A stretch of 50,911 nt of DNA from Minisyncoccota bacterium (GTDB lineage: Bacteria > Patescibacteriota > Minisyncoccia > Phycocordibacterales > XYD1-FULL-46-19), in contig JBAYKU010000004.1 of the NCBI GenBank assembly GCA_041664425.1, positions 1 to 50,911 on the forward strand. The letters run 5' to 3'. Both the position numbers and the translations under genes were made by a program. Positions 1-8,493 of the stretch are shown here, one piece after another. Position 1 is the first letter of the stretch, and every line of letters starts with the position of its first letter. Below the pieces are notes generated by a model. The model did not search any database, had not been told where the DNA came from, and was given only the letters and a program-made list of their open reading frames with translations.

Positions 1-106
1 GCTTGATCAACAACAAACCAAGAAAGATTTTAGGTTATCGCTCCGCCTTGGAGGTGGCGGAGAAGGCTGGTATATTAACAGGATTAAAAGTGGGAGTGTC
101 CTAATT
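1..106 (+). mobile_element. 3' end of an IS30-family insertion sequence: last 33 codons of the transposase (frame 3..104) plus a terminal inverted repeat
   Basis: Frame 3..104 translates to LINNKPRKILGYRSALEVAEKAGILTGLKVGVS*. The NxxPRKxLGY segment is the typical C-terminal signature of IS30 transposases. GAGTGTCCTAATT (94..106) is the exact reverse complement of 50806..50818 at the other window edge. Confidence 0.7.
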
Positions 107-228
107 CTGGGATGAATTTAGGCTCACTGGCTTGTTTTTATAATACCACGATTAAAATCTGGTGCAAGCTCAAAATTTTGTGTTGCAATAAAAATATGAT
201 AAAAGGATTTTTTAGAACGAACACAACA

Positions 229-531
229 TTACTTTTTTATTTCCTTTAGTATCTCATATATAAGTTTAGCCATTTTTTGTCCTGTAGAATTTTTTATTTT
301 TTCCAGGGAAGCGATAGAGCCTCCTTGATTCTCCAAGATAGGTTCATATTTTGACAAAACATACCACATCTTTTCCCATTCCTTTCTAAATTTTAAGGGA
401 ATTTCGTTTGGTAAAATGCAAATCAAAACACAAACAACATCTTTCATCCTAGATCTGACATCTCCCTTTCCCGTAGCAAGTATTTCTAATGCTGTTTCAA
501 ATCTTGGAATTAAAGAGTCAAAATCTTTCAT
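229..531 (-). CDS. hypothetical small helical protein (100 aa), AT-rich accessory DNA next to the IS end
   Basis: Intact ORF in the track, spaced 3 nt from the next ORF on the same strand. I recognise no motif. Confidence 0.45.
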   Translation of the reverse strand: MKDFDSLIPRFETALEILATGKGDVRSRMKDVVCVLICILPNEIPLKFRKEWEKMWYVLSKYEPILENQGGSIASLEKIKNSTGQKMAKLIYEILKEIKK

Positions 532-534
532 TTT

Positions 535-789
535 TTAGGAATCTTTTAGCCAATCTATGGAGTTCTCTATGTTAGCAATTCCTCTCTTTGAGTATTCTTC
601 CCCTTTCTTGTTTGTCCAATAGTCTTCAATATCTTTAAATCCCAATTCTTTAGACATTTGATTAAGGTCATTGACCAATCCCTTAAAACATATATCTAAA
701 TTCTTATGGCCTTTGGAGTATGAATACTTAGCCCAAAGCGAAGTAATAATAAAGGTTAAAACTGCTGTTATTATTATTTTTGTTATCAT
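535..789 (-). CDS. hypothetical small membrane-anchored protein (84 aa)
   Basis: N-terminal hydrophobic segment IIITAVLTFIITSLWA. Packed between trpS and the 100-aa ORF. Confidence 0.4.
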   Translation of the reverse strand: MITKIIITAVLTFIITSLWAKYSYSKGHKNLDICFKGLVNDLNQMSKELGFKDIEDYWTNKKGEEYSKRGIANIENSIDWLKDS

Positions 790-799
790 TATATTTAAT

Positions 800-1783
800 T
801 TAATTTACTAACCCCGTCTTCATTTTTACCTCCCCGATTTTCTTTTCGGCTAGGGCGCGAGCTTTGTCGGCGCCTTGTTTGAGTATCTCGAGGACCTTGG
901 CGGGATCAGAAGCAATCGCTTCGCGCCGCTCGCGTAGAGGGGCGATGAATTTGGTCATACTGGCGATCAAGATTTCCTTGGATTCTTTGTAACCAATGCC
1001 ACCAGCCTCGTAGCGCTGTCGTAGAGTGGCTAACTCCTCCGGACTAGAGAAAAGCTCGTGTAGGGCGAAAATATTGCATTTGGCGGGGTCTTTGGGCTCT
1101 TCTGGGGCCTTGGAGTCAGTGACAATCTTCATTACCAGAGTCTTGATTTCCTCGTCGGTGGCAAAGAGCGGGATAGTGTTGCCATAGCTCTTGCTCATCT
1201 TCTGGCCATCGAGACCGGGGACAGTTTTAACATTTTCAAGAATCAGTGGCTCTGGCATTTTAAAAGTCTCGCCAAACAGCCGATTAAATTTCTCGGCGGT
1301 GTCGCGAGCGATTTCTACGTGTTGTTTCTGATCCTGCCCAACAGGCACAATATCGGTATCGTAGAGCAAAATATCAGCCGCCATTAAGAGCGGATAGTCG
1401 AAAGTACCGACGCTAACCTCATGATTTTTAGTGGTGGCATCTTTGTAGGCGTGGGCGCGCGAGAGATACGGCACCGTGGTGATACAATTAAAAATCCAAC
1501 ACAGCTCGGAGTGGGCTGGGATAGCGGATTGGCGGAAGAGAATGGCTTTGGCAGGATCGAGACCGAGTGCCAGGTAGTCAATAGCGATATCGAGCGAGTC
1601 TTGACTGAGGGCGGTAGTATCCTGGGTAGTGGTCAGGGCGTGGAGATCGGCAATAAAAATAATATTGGTCTCGAAATCAGCTTGGCGATCGATCACCTGC
1701 TTCATCGCGCCGAAATAATTACCGATATGTGGTCGGCCAGTAGGTTTGACGCCAGTCAATAAAATTTTTGCTTTGTTAGTCAT
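800..1783 (-). CDS. trpS: tryptophanyl-tRNA synthetase
   Basis: Class I aaRS of TrpRS size (327 aa). It has a HIGH-like PHIGNYFGA motif, IADLHALTT, GQDQKQHVEIARD and KMSKS. Confidence 0.93.
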   Translation of the reverse strand: MTNKAKILLTGVKPTGRPHIGNYFGAMKQVIDRQADFETNIIFIADLHALTTTQDTTALSQDSLDIAIDYLALGLDPAKAILFRQSAIPAHSELCWIFNCITTVPYLSRAHAYKDATTKNHEVSVGTFDYPLLMAADILLYDTDIVPVGQDQKQHVEIARDTAEKFNRLFGETFKMPEPLILENVKTVPGLDGQKMSKSYGNTIPLFATDEEIKTLVMKIVTDSKAPEEPKDPAKCNIFALHELFSSPEELATLRQRYEAGGIGYKESKEILIASMTKFIAPLRERREAIASDPAKVLEILKQGADKARALAEKKIGEVKMKTGLVN

Positions 1784-1822
1784 TAAAATATTCTAGCCTG
1801 TTTTGCCGAGTTTGGCTATCCT

Positions 1823-2386
1823 TTAGTATTTTCTAATCACTCCAGTCACGACAGCGCCGATTTCGAAGCTTTCTTTGGGATAGATAGGTTTGTATTTTTT
1901 GTTGGCGGGTTCGAGATAATTTTTACCGTCTTTTTTCCGTAAAAATTTCATGGTCCAGCCACCGTCAATCCGAGCGATGACAATATCGCCTTCTCGGGCC
2001 CGGTCGCGCTTCTCAGCGACCACCAGATCCCCTTCTTTGATCCCCTCGTCGATCATGGAATCGCCCTTGACCTCTAACACGAAACTTTCATCGCGATGGG
2101 TGATGAGATAGTCATCGAGGTTGATGGTATCCGTCATTTCATCATCAATCATAGTCGGCACTCCCGCCTCCACGAGACCGAGGAGTGGAATCTCGTCGAT
2201 CATTTTGCCGGGTGTTAGACGTCCCTGAGCATCTTTGTTGACTAGACCAGCGTCGGCCATTTTATTGATCAATTTATAGACCGCATTTTTGGACCTAAAG
2301 CCGGTCAGCTCCATGATTTCTTTATAGCCAGGCAAACGGCTATGTTTGTGATAGAAAGAGATAATTTTTTTGCGGTAGGGTTCCAC
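1823..2386 (-). CDS. lexA: LexA-type repressor (winged HTH plus S24 self-cleaving peptidase); apparent GTG start
   Basis: N-terminal HTH (GYKEIMELTGFRSKNAVYKLINKM). The C-terminal S24 motifs GDSMIDEGIKEGDLVV and a later Lys region are present. A GAAC-N4-GTTC box lies upstream at 2661..2676. Confidence 0.88.
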   Translation of the reverse strand: MEPYRKKIISFYHKHSRLPGYKEIMELTGFRSKNAVYKLINKMADAGLVNKDAQGRLTPGKMIDEIPLLGLVEAGVPTMIDDEMTDTINLDDYLITHRDESFVLEVKGDSMIDEGIKEGDLVVAEKRDRAREGDIVIARIDGGWTMKFLRKKDGKNYLEPANKKYKPIYPKESFEIGAVVTGVIRKY

Positions 2387-2488
2387 GGTAATAAATTTAA
2401 AATTAAAAAATCAAAATGAAAAATTTAGAATAAGCTAGAACATAAAAGTAGCGACTAGTTTCGAAGCGCGACCGAGCCAGGTTGGTCG

Positions 2489-2647
2489 TTAATAGACCAG
2501 AGTCAGAGTAGTTAGTTGGCTGGTCAAAAAGCGATGGCGCTTGGCGTCTTCTTTGTAGGAATAGCCTTTGATGATCTTGTAATCGATTTCGCGATTCAAG
2601 CTCTGCAATTCCTCTTGGATAGTTGTGATTAGGTCCCCTTGGCTCAT
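2489..2647 (-). CDS. unannotated 52-aa ORF (MSQGDLITTIQEELQSLNREIDYKIIKGYSYKEDAKRHRFLTSQLTTLTLVY), first gene of the putative lexA transcription unit
   Basis: Found by manual translation; it is below the 60-aa cutoff of the ORF track. Its ATG lies 6 nt downstream of a consensus TATAAT. Composition is core-like. No homology is known to me. Confidence 0.4.
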   Translation of the reverse strand: MSQGDLITTIQEELQSLNREIDYKIIKGYSYKEDAKRHRFLTSQLTTLTLVY

Positions 2648-2653
2648 GTTTCT

Positions 2654-2682
2654 ATTATAAGTGAACCATAGTTCACCTGCAA
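2654..2682 (-). promoter_or_regulatory. sigma-70-type promoter TTGCAG-N17-TATAAT with a perfect SOS (Cheo-type) box GTGAAC-CATA-GTTCAC (2661..2676) in the spacer
   Basis: The minus strand reads ttgcag gtgaactatggttcact tataat agaaac ATG. The palindrome has 6-nt perfect arms and matches the GAAC-N4-GTTC LexA operator class of Gram-positive-type bacteria. Confidence 0.6.
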
Positions 2683-2727
2683 GAAAAAAGCTGTGGATAA
2701 CCTTATTTTTGGTTTATAATCTCCAAT

Positions 2728-3621
2728 ATGAACGAAAAAGAACAAAAAGAAACTGAGGTTAAAAATGGCATAGAAATTACTGTTAAAAAAGATATTGAAG
2801 CTGATCTGGCTTTAATTGGCAAGTGGTTTGCAGATTCTGATTCTCCTCATTTTAAAGAAAGAATTCTTTATTTTTATAAAACTTTGGGCAAAAAACTAGA
2901 GGATTTTACTGATGAACCAGAAAAAGTTGTCGAAGATTATTTTAGGGAGATTTATGCGTCAAAAGAAAAGGAAATAGACGAAATTGTCGAAGAAAGCAAA
3001 AGAATTTTAGAAGAAGAATCCCCTGCGAGTCTTGCTGTTTTAGCGGACCTAATGGATTACGATCCTGAAAAGGGTCAAAAATTCATCGCTATTCCTACCC
3101 TGCTCCCCTATTCTCCTTTTCACGAGCCGGTCTTTAATTTTTCTATTGTTGGCAAACTTTTTCTCGGTAAGAAAAATGAGGTTTTAGATACTGCTATTCA
3201 TGAAATTTCCCATTTTCTACTCTTTGATATTTTGAAAGATTTAAATATAGATTTGGCGGATAAGCGTAGTTTAGAACATATGTTCAAAGAAGCTTTGACT
3301 GGGATGCTTTTGTCGGAACCTGAGTTAGAAAATCTCTTAAATAGAAAAAATTATCTCGGTAATCCAGAAATCCAAAATTTATTTATAAAAGACGGAGATG
3401 AAAAAGAGGTAATCCTGCGTGAATATTTACGATCAGAATTTAGAAACCATAAGGCTCGCGGTTTATCCTTTTCTGATTTTATTAAGGCGATGATGGAAAA
3501 ATTCTTACCCAAAGCCTCAGAATTTTATCAAAAGAAAACTTTTTGGGACAAAAATGAACAAGAACTAAAAGCTGGCAATTCAGAACTTTTGGAAATTTAT
3601 AGTGAGCCAATAAAGATTTAA
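2728..3621 (+). CDS. hypothetical protein with an HExxH motif (putative zinc-dependent hydrolase), paralog of 3618..4298
   Basis: Contains AIHEISHFLLFD. The HExxHFxxFD block is shared with the neighbouring ORF. Lies in an AT-rich block. Confidence 0.5.
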   Translation: MNEKEQKETEVKNGIEITVKKDIEADLALIGKWFADSDSPHFKERILYFYKTLGKKLEDFTDEPEKVVEDYFREIYASKEKEIDEIVEESKRILEEESPASLAVLADLMDYDPEKGQKFIAIPTLLPYSPFHEPVFNFSIVGKLFLGKKNEVLDTAIHEISHFLLFDILKDLNIDLADKRSLEHMFKEALTGMLLSEPELENLLNRKNYLGNPEIQNLFIKDGDEKEVILREYLRSEFRNHKARGLSFSDFIKAMMEKFLPKASEFYQKKTFWDKNEQELKAGNSELLEIYSEPIKI

Positions 3622-4298
3622 AAATCTTTATTGGCAACATGATTAATCTTAAGGATTTCCATTATAAAATTCTTTAGGTTGTCGTGGTTTTTATCCCACA
3701 CGTTTTGAACTATCTCCAATTTTTCTTTTAATTCTGGATAAAATGGCTGTTCTGGCCTCTGTAGTATTTCTTGAAATTGGGGCAAATTTAAGACAATAAC
3801 ATTGAAAATCTCAGACAACTCCCAAAGAGGGCCACTATTTTTGCTTAAACTCTTAGTTTCTTCTATAAATTGATCGCAATAATCAAAGAAGGCAAAGTGG
3901 AGACTTTCATGAAAAGCGACTTCTATTTTATCCAATAAGTCTTTTTTATAAAAAATCTGGAAAGTCCCCTTTTCAATATAGCGGGGGTTGCAATTAAAAA
4001 TCGATAAATAGCCAAGATATTCTTTTTTAGAGATATCTAAACCGAAGATGTTTTTCAATTCGGTAAAAAATTTTTGTTGTTTTTGGTTAAGATCGTTGTT
4101 TATTTCCTGGCAATTTTTCTCAAGGAGGTTTTGGTTAGTTAGATAAAAATTGTCGATATATTCTCGATAATTGTCCGCATTTATTTCTGGATGATTTTTT
4201 CTTATTTTTTCACCAAAATTAACCCCGCCGATCTTAAAATCTTTAAAATCGCCATATACTTCGTAATCTAATTCCTTGTTTAATTTGATGGAAATCAT
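3618..4298 (-). CDS. hypothetical protein with an HExxH motif (putative zinc-dependent hydrolase), paralog of 2728..3621
   Basis: Contains AFHESLHFAFFD. It is convergent with the previous ORF, and the two 3' ends overlap by 4 nt. Confidence 0.5.
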   Translation of the reverse strand: MISIKLNKELDYEVYGDFKDFKIGGVNFGEKIRKNHPEINADNYREYIDNFYLTNQNLLEKNCQEINNDLNQKQQKFFTELKNIFGLDISKKEYLGYLSIFNCNPRYIEKGTFQIFYKKDLLDKIEVAFHESLHFAFFDYCDQFIEETKSLSKNSGPLWELSEIFNVIVLNLPQFQEILQRPEQPFYPELKEKLEIVQNVWDKNHDNLKNFIMEILKINHVANKDF

Positions 4299-4331
4299 GA
4301 GTAATTGAATGATAGCAAAAAATTATTAAAA

Positions 4332-4973
4332 TCAAACCTCAAAAACCAAATCACGGTCTTTCTGCGGTTTTTGTTCTTTGACGTATCGGCGATAAGCCTC
4401 TTTGTAGAATTTGACCCAGTTATCGGGATGGGTTTCTGGCAAATAATCCTTACCCCACTTTTTCTTTTCTCTAGCGATTCTCTTTTTGTCAGCTTTGGTA
4501 AAATCAACATTCAAATAAATAGTTTTGTCCCAGAGTTTACTTATTTTATGTTTTGGGTGAAAAAGGAAGATACCATCAATCACTAAAATTTTTTTTGACA
4601 GGTCAAAAGATTTTTGCGGACCAAAATCATTTTTATTATAATCATAAGTCTTTAACCTTATCGTCCCCTTGCTCTTTGTTTTGAATTCTTTTATCAATTT
4701 TTCTACATCATTATAGCGATACCAATCGAATTCAAAAACCCTAGATTTATCCTCGGCTTTTCCAATCGACATCTTCCGTTCTTTCCAGTGCTTAATAAAA
4801 TCATCCAAATGTACAATCAATACTTCTGGATTTTGCTTGGCAATAAAATCTGCCACAGTTGTTTTACCTGATCCAGCATAACCGTCAATGGCTATTACCA
4901 GTTTTTTCCGGTTTTTAAGCCAATTGGCTGTCTCAGTATTTATTTTTTTAGCAAATTTTTCTGATTTAAGCAT
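4332..4973 (-). CDS. P-loop kinase of the uridine kinase / PRK-like family
   Basis: Walker A motif IAIDGYAGSGKTTVA followed by VHLDDF and VIDGIF strands, typical of Udk-like kinases. Substrate unknown. Confidence 0.6.
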   Translation of the reverse strand: MLKSEKFAKKINTETANWLKNRKKLVIAIDGYAGSGKTTVADFIAKQNPEVLIVHLDDFIKHWKERKMSIGKAEDKSRVFEFDWYRYNDVEKLIKEFKTKSKGTIRLKTYDYNKNDFGPQKSFDLSKKILVIDGIFLFHPKHKISKLWDKTIYLNVDFTKADKKRIAREKKKWGKDYLPETHPDNWVKFYKEAYRRYVKEQKPQKDRDLVFEV

Positions 4974-4974
4974 A

Positions 4975-5103
4975 CTACCCTTTCTTCTCCTCCATTTCTA
5001 CAATAAACTGCGAGCCGAGGCCTTTGCCGGCGGATTCGGCCCAGATTTTGCCACCGTGGGCTTCGACGATTTGTTTGGCGACGTAGAGACCGAGGCCGGT
5101 ACA
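4975..5103 (-). pseudogene. orphan 3' fragment (about 42 codons plus stop) of a histidine kinase, near-identical to the 3' end of 9336..10994
   Basis: 4972..5102 aligns base for base with 9333..9463 with about 8 mismatches. It encodes ...GLGLYVAKQIVEAHGGKIWAESAGKGLGSQFIVEMEEKKG*. No upstream part of the gene is present. Confidence 0.8.
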
Positions 5104-5104
5104 G

Positions 5105-6817
5105 TCATTGTTTGCAAAAGATATTATACCAGACATCGAGGCCTATTATACTAAATAAAATCACAGAATGATCGTTAACCCCAGTTAAATGTTCATCAAT
5201 TAATTTTTTGACAACTTCCCAATCAAAGTATTCTAACACCAGCTTACTCTCTTTTAGTCTGGAAAGATATGGTAATAAAACGCAATCATCCTTAATCCAT
5301 TCGGAAATCGGTAAGCCAAAACCACATTTTTTTCGCAAGACAAAATCCGAAGGGAAATATTTTAAGGCGATTTCTTTTATAGGAGTTTTTTCGCCTAAAT
5401 CACCAATCTTTGTGTCTAAATTATATCCTGCTTCTATAACCGATTCGTAGAGAAAAGGTACCCTGTTTTCAATATTTGCTGCCATTCCAGCCTTGTCTTG
5501 CCTGAGAAGCACATGTGGTAAATAGGTGTTCATGTCGTAAAAACTTAATCTATATTCCCTGCTTAATTCTGCGGTTTTTTGAACAAATTGTTTTCTTTCA
5601 GATAATGACCCTCTGGGCATTTTTAGAATCTTAGAAATCATAACTGGATCAGAAAAAGCATTGGATAGAAGAAGATCATCATCATTATTGATATCTTTTT
5701 GAACATATCTTTTGTATCCAAGAAATATCTCGTCCGCACCCTCTCCTGTTAGTAATACTTTTACATATTTTCTGGCAAATTTTGCGAGAAGATACATTGG
5801 CACAGTATTTGGATGGACAATCGGTCCATCCAGATGATAAGTTATTTTTTCAAAATTATCCACGAAGTCTTTTTTTGTAAAAATAATCTTGTGGTGAATT
5901 GTGCCAAGCTCCTTTGCTACAAAGTCCGAATATTTAAATTCATTCCATTCGCTGTCATTCAGGCCTATCGAAAATGAATGTAAGGCAATTGGAGAATTCT
6001 TTTGCGCTATATAGCTAACCACGCTTGAATCTATACCTCCGCTTAGTTGAATACCGACAGGAGCGTCGCTCATTAGATGACTTTTAACACTCTCAGTTAG
6101 GATATTTTCTATATTTTGTTTTTTTGAACCAACCTTTTCCAGCTCGAAATATTTATTTTTTATATATGTATTAGATTTCAATGAGTAGTCGAGGTATTCC
6201 CCTTGCTGAATTTTAAATATGTTTTTAAATAAAGTTTTTTCATCTGAAATGTGTCTGAACACCATGTGTTCAAAAAGTTTTTCTTCTTCGAGTCGGAATT
6301 GAAAATCTGGTAGGGCACTAAAAGATTTTATCTCTGACGCCCAGGCAAAATACTCAGGGGTGTCCAAAAAGTAAAGAGGCTTAATGGCCATTTTATCTAA
6401 AGCTAAGACCAGTGACTGCTTTTTTATGTCGAGAAAGCTGAATGCGTACATTCCTTTGATCATTTTGAGTACTTCTTCTATTTGGCAGATCTGCAGTATC
6501 TCAAAAAGGGTTGAAGTATCGGAAGAAGACACAAGATCTTTCCCTGCAAGATACTTCTTCCTTGGCACGTTATGGTTATAAATTTCTCCGTTATAAGAAA
6601 GGATAAAATTATCGTTTACAAATGGCTGGTCTGCGTTTTTGGATGTATCAACAATCGACAGTCTGGTATGCCCTATTGTGATATTTTTAATAGAGATAAC
6701 TCCTGTGGCGTCGCCACCACGATGTTGGATAAGATCAAGCATCCCTCCGACAAAAGCCTCTTTTTTTTCTTTACCAAATTTATTTTTTTTATCAATAAAA
6801 CCAACAATGCCACACAT
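5105..6817 (-). CDS. asparagine synthetase B-type glutamine amidotransferase (Ntn Cys2 plus PP-loop synthetase domain)
   Basis: Starts MCGIVGF, placing the catalytic Cys right after Met. Has the PP-loop SGGIDSS. Length is 570 aa. Confidence 0.85.
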   Translation of the reverse strand: MCGIVGFIDKKNKFGKEKKEAFVGGMLDLIQHRGGDATGVISIKNITIGHTRLSIVDTSKNADQPFVNDNFILSYNGEIYNHNVPRKKYLAGKDLVSSSDTSTLFEILQICQIEEVLKMIKGMYAFSFLDIKKQSLVLALDKMAIKPLYFLDTPEYFAWASEIKSFSALPDFQFRLEEEKLFEHMVFRHISDEKTLFKNIFKIQQGEYLDYSLKSNTYIKNKYFELEKVGSKKQNIENILTESVKSHLMSDAPVGIQLSGGIDSSVVSYIAQKNSPIALHSFSIGLNDSEWNEFKYSDFVAKELGTIHHKIIFTKKDFVDNFEKITYHLDGPIVHPNTVPMYLLAKFARKYVKVLLTGEGADEIFLGYKRYVQKDINNDDDLLLSNAFSDPVMISKILKMPRGSLSERKQFVQKTAELSREYRLSFYDMNTYLPHVLLRQDKAGMAANIENRVPFLYESVIEAGYNLDTKIGDLGEKTPIKEIALKYFPSDFVLRKKCGFGLPISEWIKDDCVLLPYLSRLKESKLVLEYFDWEVVKKLIDEHLTGVNDHSVILFSIIGLDVWYNIFCKQ

Positions 6818-6825
6818 AATATTTA

Positions 6826-8385
6826 TTATTGATGTCTCTTTATATAAGCCGCGACAGAACCGGCAATTTCTCTCTCAAGATCTGGTATCTCATTGATTTT
6901 ATCCCAATTACCGCTTCTTAGCTGGTAGTAAAATTTTGATTTCTCTAAAGTGTATTGACCAAAAGACAAGAATTGGAATTCGAACAAAAAGAAAGAGCTA
7001 TCTTTTACGCCAATGTCCAACGCCATATATGGAGCATCAAAATTGTCAAAAACCCTTTTGGTGTAATCTAAAAGGCCAGGAGGCAGCTCTATATCACTTT
7101 TAAACTTCATACTGCCACTAGCCCTAAAATCATTAGAACGGTTAGCTCGGTATAGTACATAGTACTTATTGTTATAAATAACAACTCGATAGTCACCATT
7201 TAATCCTTCAATGTAAGGTTGTAGAATAAATTTTTGGCGATAGTTAGAAATTAATAACGGTTTTTTGCCTGTCTTAATCCACTCAATAAAATACTGAAGA
7301 TTTTTTAAGGAAAAAGTTTTTGAGGCAATCTTAGCAATCTTTATTTTTTCCCTTAGATTTTTAAGCAAAAATACTCCTCGACTTTTTGAAGTGCTACCAG
7401 TTTTAAGAACGAAGTCTTCTTTTTTGACGGCTTCCATATCCTTTAAGTAATCCTCAAACGTGCCGTAACGTTTGGCTTGGATATTTTTTATTTCCGGCAA
7501 GTCCTGAAGATCACGAGCAATCTCCATAAAATGCTTGTTGTGGTGAGCTTTAAACTGGAAGAGACTGGGAATTAGTTTTGCTCCCTGAAAAAATAAACCC
7601 AAAACCAAATCATCAATATAACTCCGATAAAACAATCCAGGATCTTCCGATGACTGATAAAGCACCCATTGCTCTTGATAATTTTGAGTACGAAAATCAA
7701 TTTCTGAAAAAGGCCTGACAACCAACTCAAAACCAAGCTTCTCAAAATAATCTTTGAGTCGATTCAAATCAACAGCCGCTCCTCTCTGTTTTGTAGAGGA
7801 GTAGAATTGACCACGGTAGTCGGTAAAAAGAACTATTTTATTCATTTTATTTTTTGTCTTTAATACTTCTTTCAAAAAAAGATTGTCTCGCAGTATATTA
7901 AAACCTGTATTATAAAAAGTTACTTCACCCTTTTTTAATTGCTCGACTTCTTTTTCTAGGATGGAGATTGCTTCGTCTAACGGCACCCAGATAACGTGCA
8001 AGCCATTCTTTTTTTCCTCTTCGGTTAGATCCAGCTCTCCTTTTTTGCCAATGATTCTGGCTGTATAGCAATGATTAATACAATGTGTTTTATCTCTGTC
8101 GCGAAAATCTTCAATAATTCCAACTATATCAAGAAGGTCAACTTGGCAACCGACTTCTTCTAAGCACTCTCTTTTTACACCATTTTCGATTGACTCATTT
8201 TCATCAATTCCTCCACCAGGCAGCAGGTAGAAAGAGTTAACTTTGTTGCCAACCAAAGCCACCTTACCTTCATTATCAAAAACGATAGCCTTTCCAGTGA
8301 GACGATTTCCAAAAATAACGTTTTTCTCGCTCATCTCTTTGCCGGGAAATACGTCCTTTTCCTTAAAAATAGCTAGTGGGTTCAT
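6826..8385 (-). CDS. fusion protein: N-terminal Nudix hydrolase plus C-terminal ATP-grasp-like ligase domain
   Basis: Complete Nudix box GGIDENESIENGVKRECLEEVGC (GX5EX7REUXEEXGU). The C-terminal half has an ATP-grasp-like core (FVLKTGSTSKSRGV, ILQPYIEG, GDYRVVIYNNKYYVLYRANRSNDFRASGS). The gap to asnB is 8 nt. Confidence 0.65.
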   Translation of the reverse strand: MNPLAIFKEKDVFPGKEMSEKNVIFGNRLTGKAIVFDNEGKVALVGNKVNSFYLLPGGGIDENESIENGVKRECLEEVGCQVDLLDIVGIIEDFRDRDKTHCINHCYTARIIGKKGELDLTEEEKKNGLHVIWVPLDEAISILEKEVEQLKKGEVTFYNTGFNILRDNLFLKEVLKTKNKMNKIVLFTDYRGQFYSSTKQRGAAVDLNRLKDYFEKLGFELVVRPFSEIDFRTQNYQEQWVLYQSSEDPGLFYRSYIDDLVLGLFFQGAKLIPSLFQFKAHHNKHFMEIARDLQDLPEIKNIQAKRYGTFEDYLKDMEAVKKEDFVLKTGSTSKSRGVFLLKNLREKIKIAKIASKTFSLKNLQYFIEWIKTGKKPLLISNYRQKFILQPYIEGLNGDYRVVIYNNKYYVLYRANRSNDFRASGSMKFKSDIELPPGLLDYTKRVFDNFDAPYMALDIGVKDSSFFLFEFQFLSFGQYTLEKSKFYYQLRSGNWDKINEIPDLEREIAGSVAAYIKRHQ

Positions 8386-8418
8386 TTTAGCTGATATAGT
8401 TTAAATTACGACAAATAA

Positions 8419-8449
8419 TTGACTTTTTGTAAAACAATTGTATTATAAT
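8419..8449 (+). promoter_or_regulatory. possible promoter TTGACT (8419..8424) with TATTAT/TATAAT (8441..8449) upstream of the histidine phosphatase gene
   Basis: Read directly from the sequence. The spacer is 16 or 19 nt depending on which -10 is used. A GAGGAGG SD precedes the ATG at 8494. Confidence 0.35.
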
Positions 8450-8493
8450 ACAGGATCCATTCTTTTTCAACCCACAACCGAGGAGGTGTTCCT

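Noticed and set aside
4295-4586. Two small ORFs (4295..4510 minus, 4305..4586 plus) at the 3' end of the Udk-like kinase gene.
   Set aside because: They overlap the well-supported kinase ORF in other frames and have no SD or motif.
4888-5154. 88-aa plus-strand ORF across the kinase-fragment repeat.
   Set aside because: It is the antisense reading of the duplicated histidine-kinase 3' end and bridges two unrelated genes. Judged spurious.
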